From Vulcanimicrobiota bacterium (GTDB taxonomy: Bacteria > Vulcanimicrobiota > Xenobia > Xenobiales > JADMJV01): a stretch of 64,000 nucleotides of DNA. Below, piece after piece: positions 49,258 to 58,602 of the stretch (its first letter is position 1; the number at the start of each line of letters is the position of its first letter). Under the pieces are notes generated by a model. The model was not told the origin of the DNA. It worked only from the letters and a program-made list of their open reading frames with translations, and searched no databases. The stretch spans positions 904,008 through 968,007 of the forward strand of contig JBFWNU010000001.1 of the NCBI GenBank assembly GCA_050250895.1, read 5' to 3'. A program made the position numbers and the translations under genes.

Positions 49258-50240
49258 AAATCGGCCTGGTCGGAACCGGCTACATGGCCGAAAAACATTG
49301 CTCTGTATTGGCGGAACATCCCCAGGCCGACCTGAAAGTGATCTGTTCCACCGAGCGCAGCCGGGGCCGTGGCGAGACCTTCCGAGAACAGTTCGGGTTC
49401 ACCTCGAGCGGCACGGATTTTCAAGCCATGCTCGACGACCGCGACCTCGAGGTGATCTACATCTGCAGTCCCGACTCGCGCCATGTCGAACAGACCATCG
49501 CGGCCCTCGAGGCCGGCAAGCATGTGTTCTGCGAAAAGCCCCTGGCTCGAACTCGAGCCGAATTCGACCGCCTCGAGCGCACCCTGGAACGGGCCGGCAC
49601 CGTCCTGGGAGTGGGCATGAACTGCCGCTATCGGGCCCAGTATTCCGGGCCGCGTGAACGGATCGCGAGCGGCCAGTGGGGACGGCTGCAATTCTTGCGC
49701 GGCGTCTATCTTCACAACCTCGTGCCGGCGGCCCGCAACCGTCAGAAACCGTGGTGGCTCGAGCACCCTGAAGAAGTGTATTTCTTTCTCCATGGTAACG
49801 GGATCCACTGTATCGACCTGATGCGCTGGGTCGGCGGCGAGGTCGACTCGGTCTTCGCCCGCTCGAGCGGCTTCGAGCTGGGGTCCGACTTCAAGGCCGA
49901 CACCTTCTCGGCCTCAATATCGTTCACCAGCGGCGCCATCGGTGAGATGTTCGTCTCGACGGGCGCCTACGTGCCGCGCGAGATCTCGCTGCAAGCCTGG
50001 CTGAGCCAGGCCAGTCTGGTCGGCAGCACGCTCTATCGCCGCGAACAGGGCGACCAGGGAGAAGAGTTGCCCGTGCTCCAGCCACATCTCGACCTGTGGC
50101 TGCAGTTTGACGACCTGGTGGCCGCCATCGAGGCCAACCACCAGCCCATGAACTCTCTGGCCGAGGCCTATCGCAATTTCGAGGTCATCGAGGCCCTGCA
50201 ACGATCCCTGCGCAGCGGACAGGCCGTCGAGCTCGGCTGA
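49254..50240 (+). CDS. Gfo/Idh/MocA-family oxidoreductase
   Basis: KIGLVGTG, GKHVFCEKPLA, GIHCID; TTG start overlaps the SDR stop. Confidence 0.9.
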   Translation: MKIGLVGTGYMAEKHCSVLAEHPQADLKVICSTERSRGRGETFREQFGFTSSGTDFQAMLDDRDLEVIYICSPDSRHVEQTIAALEAGKHVFCEKPLARTRAEFDRLERTLERAGTVLGVGMNCRYRAQYSGPRERIASGQWGRLQFLRGVYLHNLVPAARNRQKPWWLEHPEEVYFFLHGNGIHCIDLMRWVGGEVDSVFARSSGFELGSDFKADTFSASISFTSGAIGEMFVSTGAYVPREISLQAWLSQASLVGSTLYRREQGDQGEELPVLQPHLDLWLQFDDLVAAIEANHQPMNSLAEAYRNFEVIEALQRSLRSGQAVELG

Positions 50241-50242
50241 AG

Positions 50243-50285
50243 TTCACACAACGTTCAAATCCCCGTTTCTCCGTCGGGCTATGCT
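50243..50285 (+). promoter_or_regulatory. Direct-repeat activator site plus -10 (TTCACAC-N4-TTCAAAT-N19-TATGCT)
   Basis: Read directly; precedes ORF 50320. Confidence 0.6.
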
Positions 50286-50319
50286 CTGGGAGTCCAACCG
50301 ATGTGCAGGAGGAGACCCG

Positions 50320-51267
50320 GTGCGCATCCATTCTTTACCCGGCCGCTTGACGCGGGTGGCGGTCGGCAATATCGGCAAGCCCGTGCTTTCTGGCGACGGT
50401 TCGACCGTGGTCTACAATCAGTTCGAGGATTCTCAGTGGGAGGTCAAACGCTTTCGCGAAGGCCACACCGAGAATCTCAGTAGCGACCCACGCCATGACC
50501 TCGAGCCAGCCGTCTCGGCCGATGGCGAGACGGTAGTTTGGAGTCGCTTCACCACCGAGGATTTCGCCGACCCCAACGGTTGTTGGGACATCTGGCGTTG
50601 GCGAGACGGTCAGGCCGAACCCCTGGCCACCAGTCCCGGGCACGACACCGAGCCGGCCATCTCGGGCGACGGCCAGACCGTGGTTTTCACCCATGACGAC
50701 CCGAAATATCCCACCGGCTTCAATCTGCGGATGTGGCGAGATGGCCAGGTCAGCAACCTGACCGAGGGGCCCGAGGTTGACCGTGAGGCCTTTCTTAATC
50801 ACGACGGCAGCCGCATCTTCTGGACCCGCAAATGGGCGGGCTCCGAGATCTTCATGCAGGACGAGGCCGGCAACCAGAAACCGATAACTCACTCGACCAA
50901 TCCCGAATTCCATCCCGCCGCCAACCGCGACGGAACCCGGCTGATCTGGTCAGAAGAGCCCCGCGGCGACCACGATCTCTATACCTACTCCACCGAGAAC
51001 AACCAGCGCACCGTGGTGGCCGGCGAGCGGCGCGTCATCGAGACCGAAGGAGACCTCTCGGCCGACGGACAGACTCTGGTCTTCACTCGCCAGCGGCCGG
51101 GCCAACCCAGCCATGTGGTGCTGCGCGACCACGGCCAGGAACTCGAGCTGCCCTTTGACTATGCCCGCCTGCCCCAGGTCTCTGACGACGGTCGGGTGCT
51201 GGCCTGGTGGGGCGTCGAGGACAACCAGGCAGTCATCTATCGATGGGAGCGAGACGCTGGCCTTTAG
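50320..51267 (+). CDS. TolB-like (PD40) beta-propeller protein without a signal peptide
   Basis: Repeated P.(V/I)S.DG..VV motifs; AGGAGG RBS before GTG 50320. Confidence 0.8.
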   Translation: MRIHSLPGRLTRVAVGNIGKPVLSGDGSTVVYNQFEDSQWEVKRFREGHTENLSSDPRHDLEPAVSADGETVVWSRFTTEDFADPNGCWDIWRWRDGQAEPLATSPGHDTEPAISGDGQTVVFTHDDPKYPTGFNLRMWRDGQVSNLTEGPEVDREAFLNHDGSRIFWTRKWAGSEIFMQDEAGNQKPITHSTNPEFHPAANRDGTRLIWSEEPRGDHDLYTYSTENNQRTVVAGERRVIETEGDLSADGQTLVFTRQRPGQPSHVVLRDHGQELELPFDYARLPQVSDDGRVLAWWGVEDNQAVIYRWERDAGL

Positions 51268-52639
51268 CATCGGCTTTCGCAATTGCCCCGAGAGCGACCC
51301 GACACCGCTCCAGGTCGAGGGCAGACTGCCCGATTGGTTGACGGGCACCCTCTTGCGCAACGGGCCAGGTCGCTTCGATCTGGCCCGCCAGAGCTATCGC
51401 CATTGGTTTGACGGCCTGGCCCAATTGCACCGCTTCGAACTGGCGGCCGGTCAGGTCACCTACAGCAGCCGCTATTTGCACAGCCAGGACTATCTCCAAA
51501 GCCAGGTCGACGGCAAAATCGCCTATCCTGCCTTTGCCAGCGACCCCTGCTGGACGCTCTTTCGGCGCCTGAAGGCCCTCTTTTGGCCGGACGTGACCAA
51601 GAACCCCAACGTCAATCTGGGTCGCCTGGACGGGCGCTGGCTGGCTCTCACCGAACTACCCATGCCCATAGAGTTCGACCCCGAGACCCTCGCGACGGTA
51701 GGGGTCTTCAACTTTGCTGACCCAGGGGCTGACGGCCTGACCACCGCCCATCCCCACCAGGACCGCGGCCGGTGGCTCAACTTTGGACTGCGTTTTGGCC
51801 GCCGTACGGCCTACCATTTCTACCATTTCGACGGCTCGGCCAGACGACAGCCCGTGGCCGCCGTGCCCCAGTCTCCGGTGAGTTACGTGCACAGCTTCGG
51901 CCTGACCCCGCGCCATCTGGTCCTGGCCCTCTTTCCTTTCGTGGTCCACCCCCTCAGGCTACTGATGCGGTGCCGTCCCTTTATCGAGAACTTCCGCTGG
52001 CGACCGGAGCGAGGCACTACCTTCTGCCTCATCGACCGCGCCACGGGAGAGGTGCGCCGGGTCGAGGGCCCACCGATTTTTGCCTTTCACCACGTCAACG
52101 CCTACGAAGACCGTGACGAGGTGGTGGTGGATCTGGTGGGCTATCCCGACGCCACGCTGATCGACACTTTGTATCTCGATAGCTTGCGTCGCGAGGCCCC
52201 CGTGCCGGCCGGTCGACTCTATCGATACCGGTTGCCCCCACGCGGTCAGGCCCGGCTGGAGTGGTGCTCGGAGGAGACCATCGAGTTGCCCCGCCTCGAT
52301 TATGCTCGCTGCAACGGACGCCCCTATCGCTACACCTATGGGGTCAGTCTCCGCCCCGACCAGCCAGATCTCTTCAACCAGTTGGTGCGCCTTGATGTCG
52401 AGAATCGCACCAGTAGAATCTGGTTGGAAGACGGCTGCTACCCGGGCGAGCCGGTCTTCGTCGCCCGACCGGGCGGCCAGGGCGAGAACGATGGCGTGGT
52501 GTTGTCGGTTATCCTCGACACCAACCGGCAGCAATCGTTTCTGCTGGTGCTCGACGCCGCCTCGTTTGCCGAACTGGCGCGGGCCCGGGTGCCCGAGGCC
52601 ATCCCCTTCGGTTTTCACGGTGATTTTTTGTCCTTCTGA
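51257..52639 (+). CDS. Carotenoid oxygenase (RPE65/CCD) family protein; start approximate
   Basis: LLRNGPG, HWFDG, TAHP, YVHSF, FHHVNAYE, EPVFV, GFHG (four-His set). Confidence 0.92.
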   Translation: MAFSIGFRNCPESDPTPLQVEGRLPDWLTGTLLRNGPGRFDLARQSYRHWFDGLAQLHRFELAAGQVTYSSRYLHSQDYLQSQVDGKIAYPAFASDPCWTLFRRLKALFWPDVTKNPNVNLGRLDGRWLALTELPMPIEFDPETLATVGVFNFADPGADGLTTAHPHQDRGRWLNFGLRFGRRTAYHFYHFDGSARRQPVAAVPQSPVSYVHSFGLTPRHLVLALFPFVVHPLRLLMRCRPFIENFRWRPERGTTFCLIDRATGEVRRVEGPPIFAFHHVNAYEDRDEVVVDLVGYPDATLIDTLYLDSLRREAPVPAGRLYRYRLPPRGQARLEWCSEETIELPRLDYARCNGRPYRYTYGVSLRPDQPDLFNQLVRLDVENRTSRIWLEDGCYPGEPVFVARPGGQGENDGVVLSVILDTNRQQSFLLVLDAASFAELARARVPEAIPFGFHGDFLSF

Positions 52640-52704
52640 GGACGGTCGTTTTGTGTGCTGTTTCACATCTCTGGTGGCAAGCCAACAGCTACACTGAGAC
52701 TACC

Positions 52705-53583
52705 ATGTCGCAGAAGCAGAAACGCCGTCCCCATCACGATCTCTTTCGGACCCGCCTGCTCGAGCTCGGAGAGCGCTACCAGGACGAAACCTTCCTCGAG
52801 CGCCAGCTCGACCGCTCCGAACGCTTTCTGCGCCAGAGCCAGTGGAAACTGCTCTCTTCGCGGATGCAAGACCTGCAGCGCGTGATGGAAGAAGCCCCCC
52901 AACATCTCCGCCTGCTCCAGCACGAGGATCGTTCCATCGCCCACAAGAGTTCGGCCCTTGAAAACGAAGAACAGATCCTGATGTGGCGGACCTACGGCCT
53001 CACCAACGAAGTGGCCCAGCTCGAATGGTCGCAGCGGACCGCCCGCCGGGAATGCACCGAGGTCGAAGCCGAAATCGCCGAACTCGGCGCCCGACTCTAC
53101 CAACTCGACCATCGCCGAGCCGAGATCCTGGCCGAACTAGAAAAGGTCGAGAACCGCCTCCGCCAACGGCGGCGCCAGGCCGAAACCGAAAGAGAGCGCG
53201 AAGGCTGGCCTACCAGCTGGACCCAATCCGAGCTGGCCCAACTCGAGCGAGCCATGCTAGAGATGCGCGATGAACTCGATTGGCGTCTTCCCGGAGTCAT
53301 CCGCGACCTGGAGTGGCGCCTGAAGACCCTGCGGGCCCGGCGTGAAGAGCTGACCTATCAAGAACTGCCGGAGCTAAGCCAGAGACTATTGGCGCGCGAA
53401 AACGAACGTCTCCTGATCGAGGGGCGAACCCGTGAGATTCAGCGAGCCCGCCAAAACCTCGAGGTCCGCAAAGCCTCCCTGCTGGCCAGTCGAGCTCGCG
53501 AGACCGAGCGTCTCGAACAAGCTCAGCAAGAGTGGTGGACGCGCGAGCAAGAGCGCATCGATAAAGGGTTTCAACCCGCCTAA
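52705..53583 (+). CDS. Coiled-coil hypothetical protein
   Basis: E/R/L/Q-rich heptads; start at ATG 52705. Confidence 0.65.
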   Translation: MSQKQKRRPHHDLFRTRLLELGERYQDETFLERQLDRSERFLRQSQWKLLSSRMQDLQRVMEEAPQHLRLLQHEDRSIAHKSSALENEEQILMWRTYGLTNEVAQLEWSQRTARRECTEVEAEIAELGARLYQLDHRRAEILAELEKVENRLRQRRRQAETEREREGWPTSWTQSELAQLERAMLEMRDELDWRLPGVIRDLEWRLKTLRARREELTYQELPELSQRLLARENERLLIEGRTREIQRARQNLEVRKASLLASRARETERLEQAQQEWWTREQERIDKGFQPA

Positions 53584-54035
53584 TCGGCGACGATGTGGCG
53601 CCGGTCGAGCATCTTGCGCACGCGCTGCCCCTCGACCACGGTCGCCTCGAGTTTGCCCAGGTGCCCGCGGGCGTGCTTAGAGAGGTTGGCATGGCCCAGA
53701 AAATTCTCGTGCAACGAAAAGCCACAGTCCTGGCACGAAAGAAACTCGTCGGAAAAGTTCGAAGCACCGGGCCGACCACGAAAATCTCCCAGGCAAACCG
53801 GACAGCAACCGTCTTGAGCCAACTTTTGCTCTCGCTCCGCCGATAGCTTGACCGGCCGATACTCCGCGGCCGCCCGCGTCGGCAGGGCCGGGGGATTCAG
53901 AAAACGCTCTACCGAGCCGGCCTCGACTCTCCAGGCGCCCCGGCTCTTGCGACCCTGCAAATGGCCCGCCGCCAGCAGAGCGCGCACGGCGCGAGGAGGA
54001 ATCCTGAGGGCTTCGGCTGCTTTGCGAACGGTCAT
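53580..54035 (-). CDS. Excisionase-like HTH (HTH_17) protein with zinc-ribbon domain
   Basis: MTVRKAAEAL...GAWRV, then CPVC ... CQDC. Confidence 0.7.
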   Translation of the reverse strand: MTVRKAAEALRIPPRAVRALLAAGHLQGRKSRGAWRVEAGSVERFLNPPALPTRAAAEYRPVKLSAEREQKLAQDGCCPVCLGDFRGRPGASNFSDEFLSCQDCGFSLHENFLGHANLSKHARGHLGKLEATVVEGQRVRKMLDRRHIVAD

Positions 54036-54112
54036 CGAGCAGCCTTTCACGCCCGAGCGCCAGACCCCTTTGCGGCAGGTCGGCTCGTCCCCGAGCCGAA
54101 AGACGCGCCTCC

Positions 54113-54895
54113 ATGGATGTCCTGGAAAAGGCTCGCCCGATCGCCCTCGAAGCCGGCGCCCTCCTACTTGAAGGTCTGGGCCAGGCCCACCATCATGATC
54201 GCAAATCCTCGAGTGTGGATCTGGTTACCGAGTATGACCGCCGGGCTGAAGAGCTGATCGCCAAAAGGCTGGCTCAATCCTTTCCCGAGCACGGCCTGGT
54301 GGGCGAAGAAGGCAGCAGTCGCCAGGGCAGCGACGGATTTCGCTGGTATGTCGACCCTCTGGACGGAACCAACAACTTTGCCCACGGCCTGCCTCACTTC
54401 GCCGTCTCGATGGCACTTTATCAACACGATCTACCCCAGGTGGCGCTCACCTACGATCCGGTCAAACAGGAACTCTTCGAGGCGGTGGCCGGAGAAGGCT
54501 TTTTCCTCAACCGAAGACCGGGCCGGGTCAGCCAGCGCGAGGAACTGGTCGAATCGATGCTGGCCACCGGCTTTCCCTACGACCGCCACACCGATCCTCA
54601 CAACAACGTGGCCCAGCTCGAGGCTTTCCTCACGCGCTGCCGGGGCATCCGCCGGTTCGGCTCGGCCAGCCTCGACCTGGCCTATGTGGCGGCCGGCCGC
54701 TACGACGGCTTTTGGGAATATAAATTGGGACCGTGGGATGTGGCGGCCGGCATCCTGCTGGTGCGCGAAGCGGGCGGCAAGGTCACGGCTACCGACGGCA
54801 AGCCGATAAGCCTGACCTCCAAGGTGGCCCTGGTCGCCAGTAACGGCAAGATCCATGACGCCATGGTCGAAGTCCTCTCTCTGGCCCAGCGTTAA
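54113..54895 (+). CDS. suhB: Inositol monophosphatase
   Basis: DLVT..D, GEE, WYVDPLDGTNNF, GSASLDL, WDVAAG. Confidence 0.93.
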   Translation: MDVLEKARPIALEAGALLLEGLGQAHHHDRKSSSVDLVTEYDRRAEELIAKRLAQSFPEHGLVGEEGSSRQGSDGFRWYVDPLDGTNNFAHGLPHFAVSMALYQHDLPQVALTYDPVKQELFEAVAGEGFFLNRRPGRVSQREELVESMLATGFPYDRHTDPHNNVAQLEAFLTRCRGIRRFGSASLDLAYVAAGRYDGFWEYKLGPWDVAAGILLVREAGGKVTATDGKPISLTSKVALVASNGKIHDAMVEVLSLAQR

Positions 54896-54996
54896 CCTCG
54901 ACGTAACATCTGCAACAACAACGCCACAAACTCCCGTTCGAGTTTACAAATCCGCAACACGTCGCTGACCAGATCGATATCTTACGGTGCTATAAT
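54892..54996 (+). promoter_or_regulatory. Multi-site direct-repeat activator region plus extended -10 (TGcTATAAT)
   Basis: 11-bp-spaced pairs at 54892/54903, 54912/54923 and 54943/54954(/54965), then N19, then TATAAT at 54991. Confidence 0.65.
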
Positions 54997-55028
54997 CAGG
55001 TCAATAGTCCAACCGAACGGGGAGAGCC

Positions 55029-57887
55029 ATGAGCAAGACGATTCAAGGCGCCGGCGCAGCCGGTCTTCAGGGTGGTGTAGGCGGCGGAGACGAACTCAAT
55101 CCCGATGCCATCGATGCCGAATTCGACCAGGCCATCAACAAGGTCGCGGGCGCCCCCAAGAAGGCTCAGAAGAAGATCCCCCCCGAGACGGTACCTAACC
55201 TCCAGGCGAACAAGGCCGACGTGCGGGCTCAAAACGAGCAGGCTGAGCAATCCCAGGCCGACGCGAAGGCCACGGCCGGCGACCTGGGCGTCGATGGGGT
55301 CGCCTCGGACGCGGGTGAGGCCTTCGCCCAGAAGAACTTCGGCGCGGACCTCCAGGCCGGACAGAACGCCGGTATGGACGGCGGCATCAGCCCCATGATG
55401 GGCGCCCAGCTCAACAAGACCCGAGACATGTTCGGTGACGATTTCGGTTCAGACTTTCAACCGCGCCAGGCCGGTGCCGATTTAGGCAGCGGCAGCGGCT
55501 TTACCAACTCCAACGACCTGGGTGAACTCAGCCAGCAACTCAACAAATCGACCCGCTCGGGCGGGTTGCTCCAGCAAGACTTCGGCGAGGTCGGCGGCGC
55601 CCTGGGCAAGGCCCTCCAAAAAAACGACGTGTTGGGGCGCAAAGTCGAAGGCCTCGGGAAAGTCAAAGACGCTTTCGGAGCCAAGGAAAAGGCCCACGGC
55701 CTGAGCGAGAAGGCTTTTCACGGCGCTGGCGACGGCCTCGAGAAAGCCGCCCAGGGCCTGGGCACGGCCGCTCAAGTGCTGCACAGCGTGGCCGGCATGC
55801 TCGAAGGCGTGGCCAGCGCGGTCGAGGCCATTCCCTTTGTGGGACCAGCCCTGGCCGCCTCGTTGCGAGCCGCTTCGAAAGCCACCGACATGGTCGGGAC
55901 CGGGCTTGACATTGCCGCCGAAGCCTGCGCCAAGTCGGGCGAGAAGATGCACAACAACGGCAAGAAGGAGGGGCAAAAGAAGAACGTCAACAAGGCCAAG
56001 AAGCTGCAGACTCAGGCCAAAGAGCAAAAGGCCAAGGAAAAGCTCGACCGCAACAAGGAGAAAGTCGACAATCTGGGCGAGCAGAAGAACCAGATGGCCG
56101 AAAAGCTCGACCAGAATCAAGAGCAGCAAAAGGGCATCGCCAACCGCATGAAAGAACTCGGCCAGGAGGTCGAGGTGGGCGACGGCGGTCGCAACGATCG
56201 CGACAAAGAGAACCTCGACGCCAAGAAGCTCAAGAACAAGGCCAAGCTTGACGCCAAAAAGGCCGAGCATAAGAACCAGGGACCCGAGCAATCCAAGGAG
56301 ACCAAGCAAGAGGCCCAGGACGCGCGCCAGGCCGAGCAAAAGGCCGAATCCCACGCCAAAGAGATTTCCAACAAGACCGGCCAGGCCAAAGAGCAAGCCA
56401 AAGAGGCTTCGCAGTCGGCCAAGCAGGCAGCCACCAGCGCTCAGTCGGCGGCCGCTTCGGCTCCCAAGCCCACCCGCGAAGCGGCCCCCGCCCCGGCGGC
56501 GGCTCCCTCCATCTCGGCTGCTCCGGCCGCCGACTCTGGTGGCGGTGGCGGCAGCGGTGGCGGACGGGGTGCCGGTGGTGGCGGCAAAGCCGCAGCCGTG
56601 GGCGGTGCTGGTGGCGGCGCCAAGGCGGCCCCGGCCGCTCCCAAGGCCGCTCCTGCTCCTCAGGCTTCGTCGCCGGCTCCCAAGGCCTCGGCCCCTGCCC
56701 CCAAAGCTTCCGCTCCGGCTCCGAAAGCCGCGGCTCCGGCCCCCAAAGCGTCGGCCCCGGCTCCAAAAGCCGCGGCCCCCAAAACCGAGAACAAAGCCCC
56801 TAAGGTCGATACCAAAGCCAGCACCGAGTCCAAGGCTCCCAAGGTAGAGACGAAGGCCCCGCCCAAGACCGAGACCAAGCAAGAAGCTCCCAAGCCTCAG
56901 GCCGAAAAGGTCAGTCCCAAGCACGAGACCGGCGACAAGGGCGAGCAGAAAACCGAGAAAAACGAAAAGGGCGACAAAGCCGCCCAAGAAACCAAGAAGC
57001 CCCACGAGAAGAAGAAAGGCCACTCTCAGGCCGAGAAGAAGAAAGACGAGAAAGAGCCAGAAGTCGGCAACCTCGATGCGGCCACCGGCGCCAAGCATGC
57101 CGAAGGCGACCACAAGAAAGACGGCAAGGACGTCAAGGAGATCAAAGAGCTCGACGGCAAGAAGGACAAGAAAGCCGACAAGCATCACGATCGCGACAAA
57201 GACAAACAAAAAGCCGAAGACAAGAAGAAGGCTCAAGAGCAGAAGAAAGCTCGCCGGGCCAACGCCAAACGCAAGAATAAGCTCAAGAACAAGCTCAAGA
57301 ACGACGACAACAAAGAGAACCGCGACGGCGGGCTCAAGAAGGGCCGCGACAAGCGTGAAGAGTTCGAAGCCGAACTCAAGCGCCTCAGTGATCGGGTCAA
57401 AGGCTCCAAGGATAAACAGGGCAAAGGCGAGCAGATTCAAAAGCGCGCCGACCAGCGCAACCTGGGCATGCTTTATCGCCAGGTGGCCAACGAAGGGGTG
57501 CCCATCGACCGCGATGTAGACAGCAAAGTCAAAGAAGCGATGCAAGACGCCCCCGACCGCCCCAGCGTCCAGGCCAAACTGGCCCAGGGCAAATCCGACC
57601 TCGACGGCCAGGGTGCCGATACCGGGGAAGGGCGCCGCGATAACATGCGAGAAGATCGCAAGGACGCGCTCAAGAAGAAGAACCAGGCCCGACCGCTGGG
57701 AGCCGAGCAAAGCCGGGAGCAACAGCAGCAACAGCAGCAGGCTGAGCAACAGGCCGAGCAACCGCAGCAGAACGACAATGACCAGAAGGTTGCCGAAGTC
57801 GGCAACATCGAGCCGGTCGAGACCAACCTCGGCGGCCAGGATATGGTACCCAATGTCGGCGAAACGGAGCACGTAGACATCAAGTAG
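55029..57887 (+). CDS. Large low-complexity protein with central hydrophobic helical hairpin, coiled coil, PAPKA repeats and Lys-rich tail
   Basis: 952 aa with GGAGAG RBS; VASAVEAIPFVGPALAASL segment; no Sec signal. Confidence 0.8.
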   Translation: MSKTIQGAGAAGLQGGVGGGDELNPDAIDAEFDQAINKVAGAPKKAQKKIPPETVPNLQANKADVRAQNEQAEQSQADAKATAGDLGVDGVASDAGEAFAQKNFGADLQAGQNAGMDGGISPMMGAQLNKTRDMFGDDFGSDFQPRQAGADLGSGSGFTNSNDLGELSQQLNKSTRSGGLLQQDFGEVGGALGKALQKNDVLGRKVEGLGKVKDAFGAKEKAHGLSEKAFHGAGDGLEKAAQGLGTAAQVLHSVAGMLEGVASAVEAIPFVGPALAASLRAASKATDMVGTGLDIAAEACAKSGEKMHNNGKKEGQKKNVNKAKKLQTQAKEQKAKEKLDRNKEKVDNLGEQKNQMAEKLDQNQEQQKGIANRMKELGQEVEVGDGGRNDRDKENLDAKKLKNKAKLDAKKAEHKNQGPEQSKETKQEAQDARQAEQKAESHAKEISNKTGQAKEQAKEASQSAKQAATSAQSAAASAPKPTREAAPAPAAAPSISAAPAADSGGGGGSGGGRGAGGGGKAAAVGGAGGGAKAAPAAPKAAPAPQASSPAPKASAPAPKASAPAPKAAAPAPKASAPAPKAAAPKTENKAPKVDTKASTESKAPKVETKAPPKTETKQEAPKPQAEKVSPKHETGDKGEQKTEKNEKGDKAAQETKKPHEKKKGHSQAEKKKDEKEPEVGNLDAATGAKHAEGDHKKDGKDVKEIKELDGKKDKKADKHHDRDKDKQKAEDKKKAQEQKKARRANAKRKNKLKNKLKNDDNKENRDGGLKKGRDKREEFEAELKRLSDRVKGSKDKQGKGEQIQKRADQRNLGMLYRQVANEGVPIDRDVDSKVKEAMQDAPDRPSVQAKLAQGKSDLDGQGADTGEGRRDNMREDRKDALKKKNQARPLGAEQSREQQQQQQQAEQQAEQPQQNDNDQKVAEVGNIEPVETNLGGQDMVPNVGETEHVDIK
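56620..56790 (+). repeat. Coding imperfect tandem repeat of about 21 bp (APAPKAS/APAPKAA)
   Basis: Repeated gc(t/c)ccc/ccg aag/aaa gcc units in the large ORF. Confidence 0.75.
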
Positions 57888-57891
57888 GAGG

Positions 57892-58602
57892 TTGGCGCCA
57901 TTGGATTGTCCCTTTTGTGAACAGCGGCTGGGCGACGTCAGTTCAGGAAAGTGCAATCACTGCGGGCAAGACCTGGCTCCTCCGCCCCCTCACGTCTATG
58001 GTGAACCGGCCAGGGCGATCGTCGACGCCCTGGCCCAGGTCAGGGGTCGACAGATGCCCATGGACCAGTTGCCCCGGCTGTTTTCGCATCTGATGGGTTC
58101 AGTGCAGCAGGTCCTGGATCAGGCCTCTGAAGATCTCAGCGAGAACTTCTCGCGCATTCAGGCGGCCGTCGATGAAATGCCGGCCGACAACCGTCTCGAA
58201 ATCTCGGACTTCATCGAGGATTTTCGCGACATCCAGGACGAGATCAACGACACCCTGCTCAACATGGGTGACATCTTCGACGAAAACCAGACCCTCGACG
58301 AGTTTCGCCAGCGCGAAGTGCTGCTCAACGGCTATCTGTTGACGCTGCAAAGCTCGGTCGATGCCCTGGGTGCGCTCAAGCAAGAGACCAGTATCTCGGC
58401 CCTGCAAGAGTTGCCTAACGACCCTCTGCCAGCCGATGTCGAGAAGGCCCTCGACTTCTTCGACAAGGCCATGGGCGCGCTGGTGCGTTACATCGAAGGC
58501 GACCGGGACCTGGCTGAAGTCTCGGCCTGCCTGCGCCACACCGAGGCCGCCAAGACGCATCTGGCCCGCTTGTTGCTGGTGGATAGCATGAGGGGAACTT
58601 GA
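57892..58602 (+). CDS. Hypothetical protein with N-terminal zinc ribbon and acidic helical body
   Basis: CPFC...CNHC; AGGAGG RBS overlaps the upstream stop. Confidence 0.7.
   Translation: MAPLDCPFCEQRLGDVSSGKCNHCGQDLAPPPPHVYGEPARAIVDALAQVRGRQMPMDQLPRLFSHLMGSVQQVLDQASEDLSENFSRIQAAVDEMPADNRLEISDFIEDFRDIQDEINDTLLNMGDIFDENQTLDEFRQREVLLNGYLLTLQSSVDALGALKQETSISALQELPNDPLPADVEKALDFFDKAMGALVRYIEGDRDLAEVSACLRHTEAAKTHLARLLLVDSMRGT

Noticed and set aside
53580-54035. Prophage/ICE excisionase marking a mobile element
   Set aside because: No integrase, att-like repeats, tRNA or phage genes nearby.
55482-57956. 824-aa minus-strand ORF
   Set aside because: Antisense shadow of the Lys/Ala-rich 952-aa gene; its Leu/Phe/Gly bias is the reverse complement of AAG/GCC codons.
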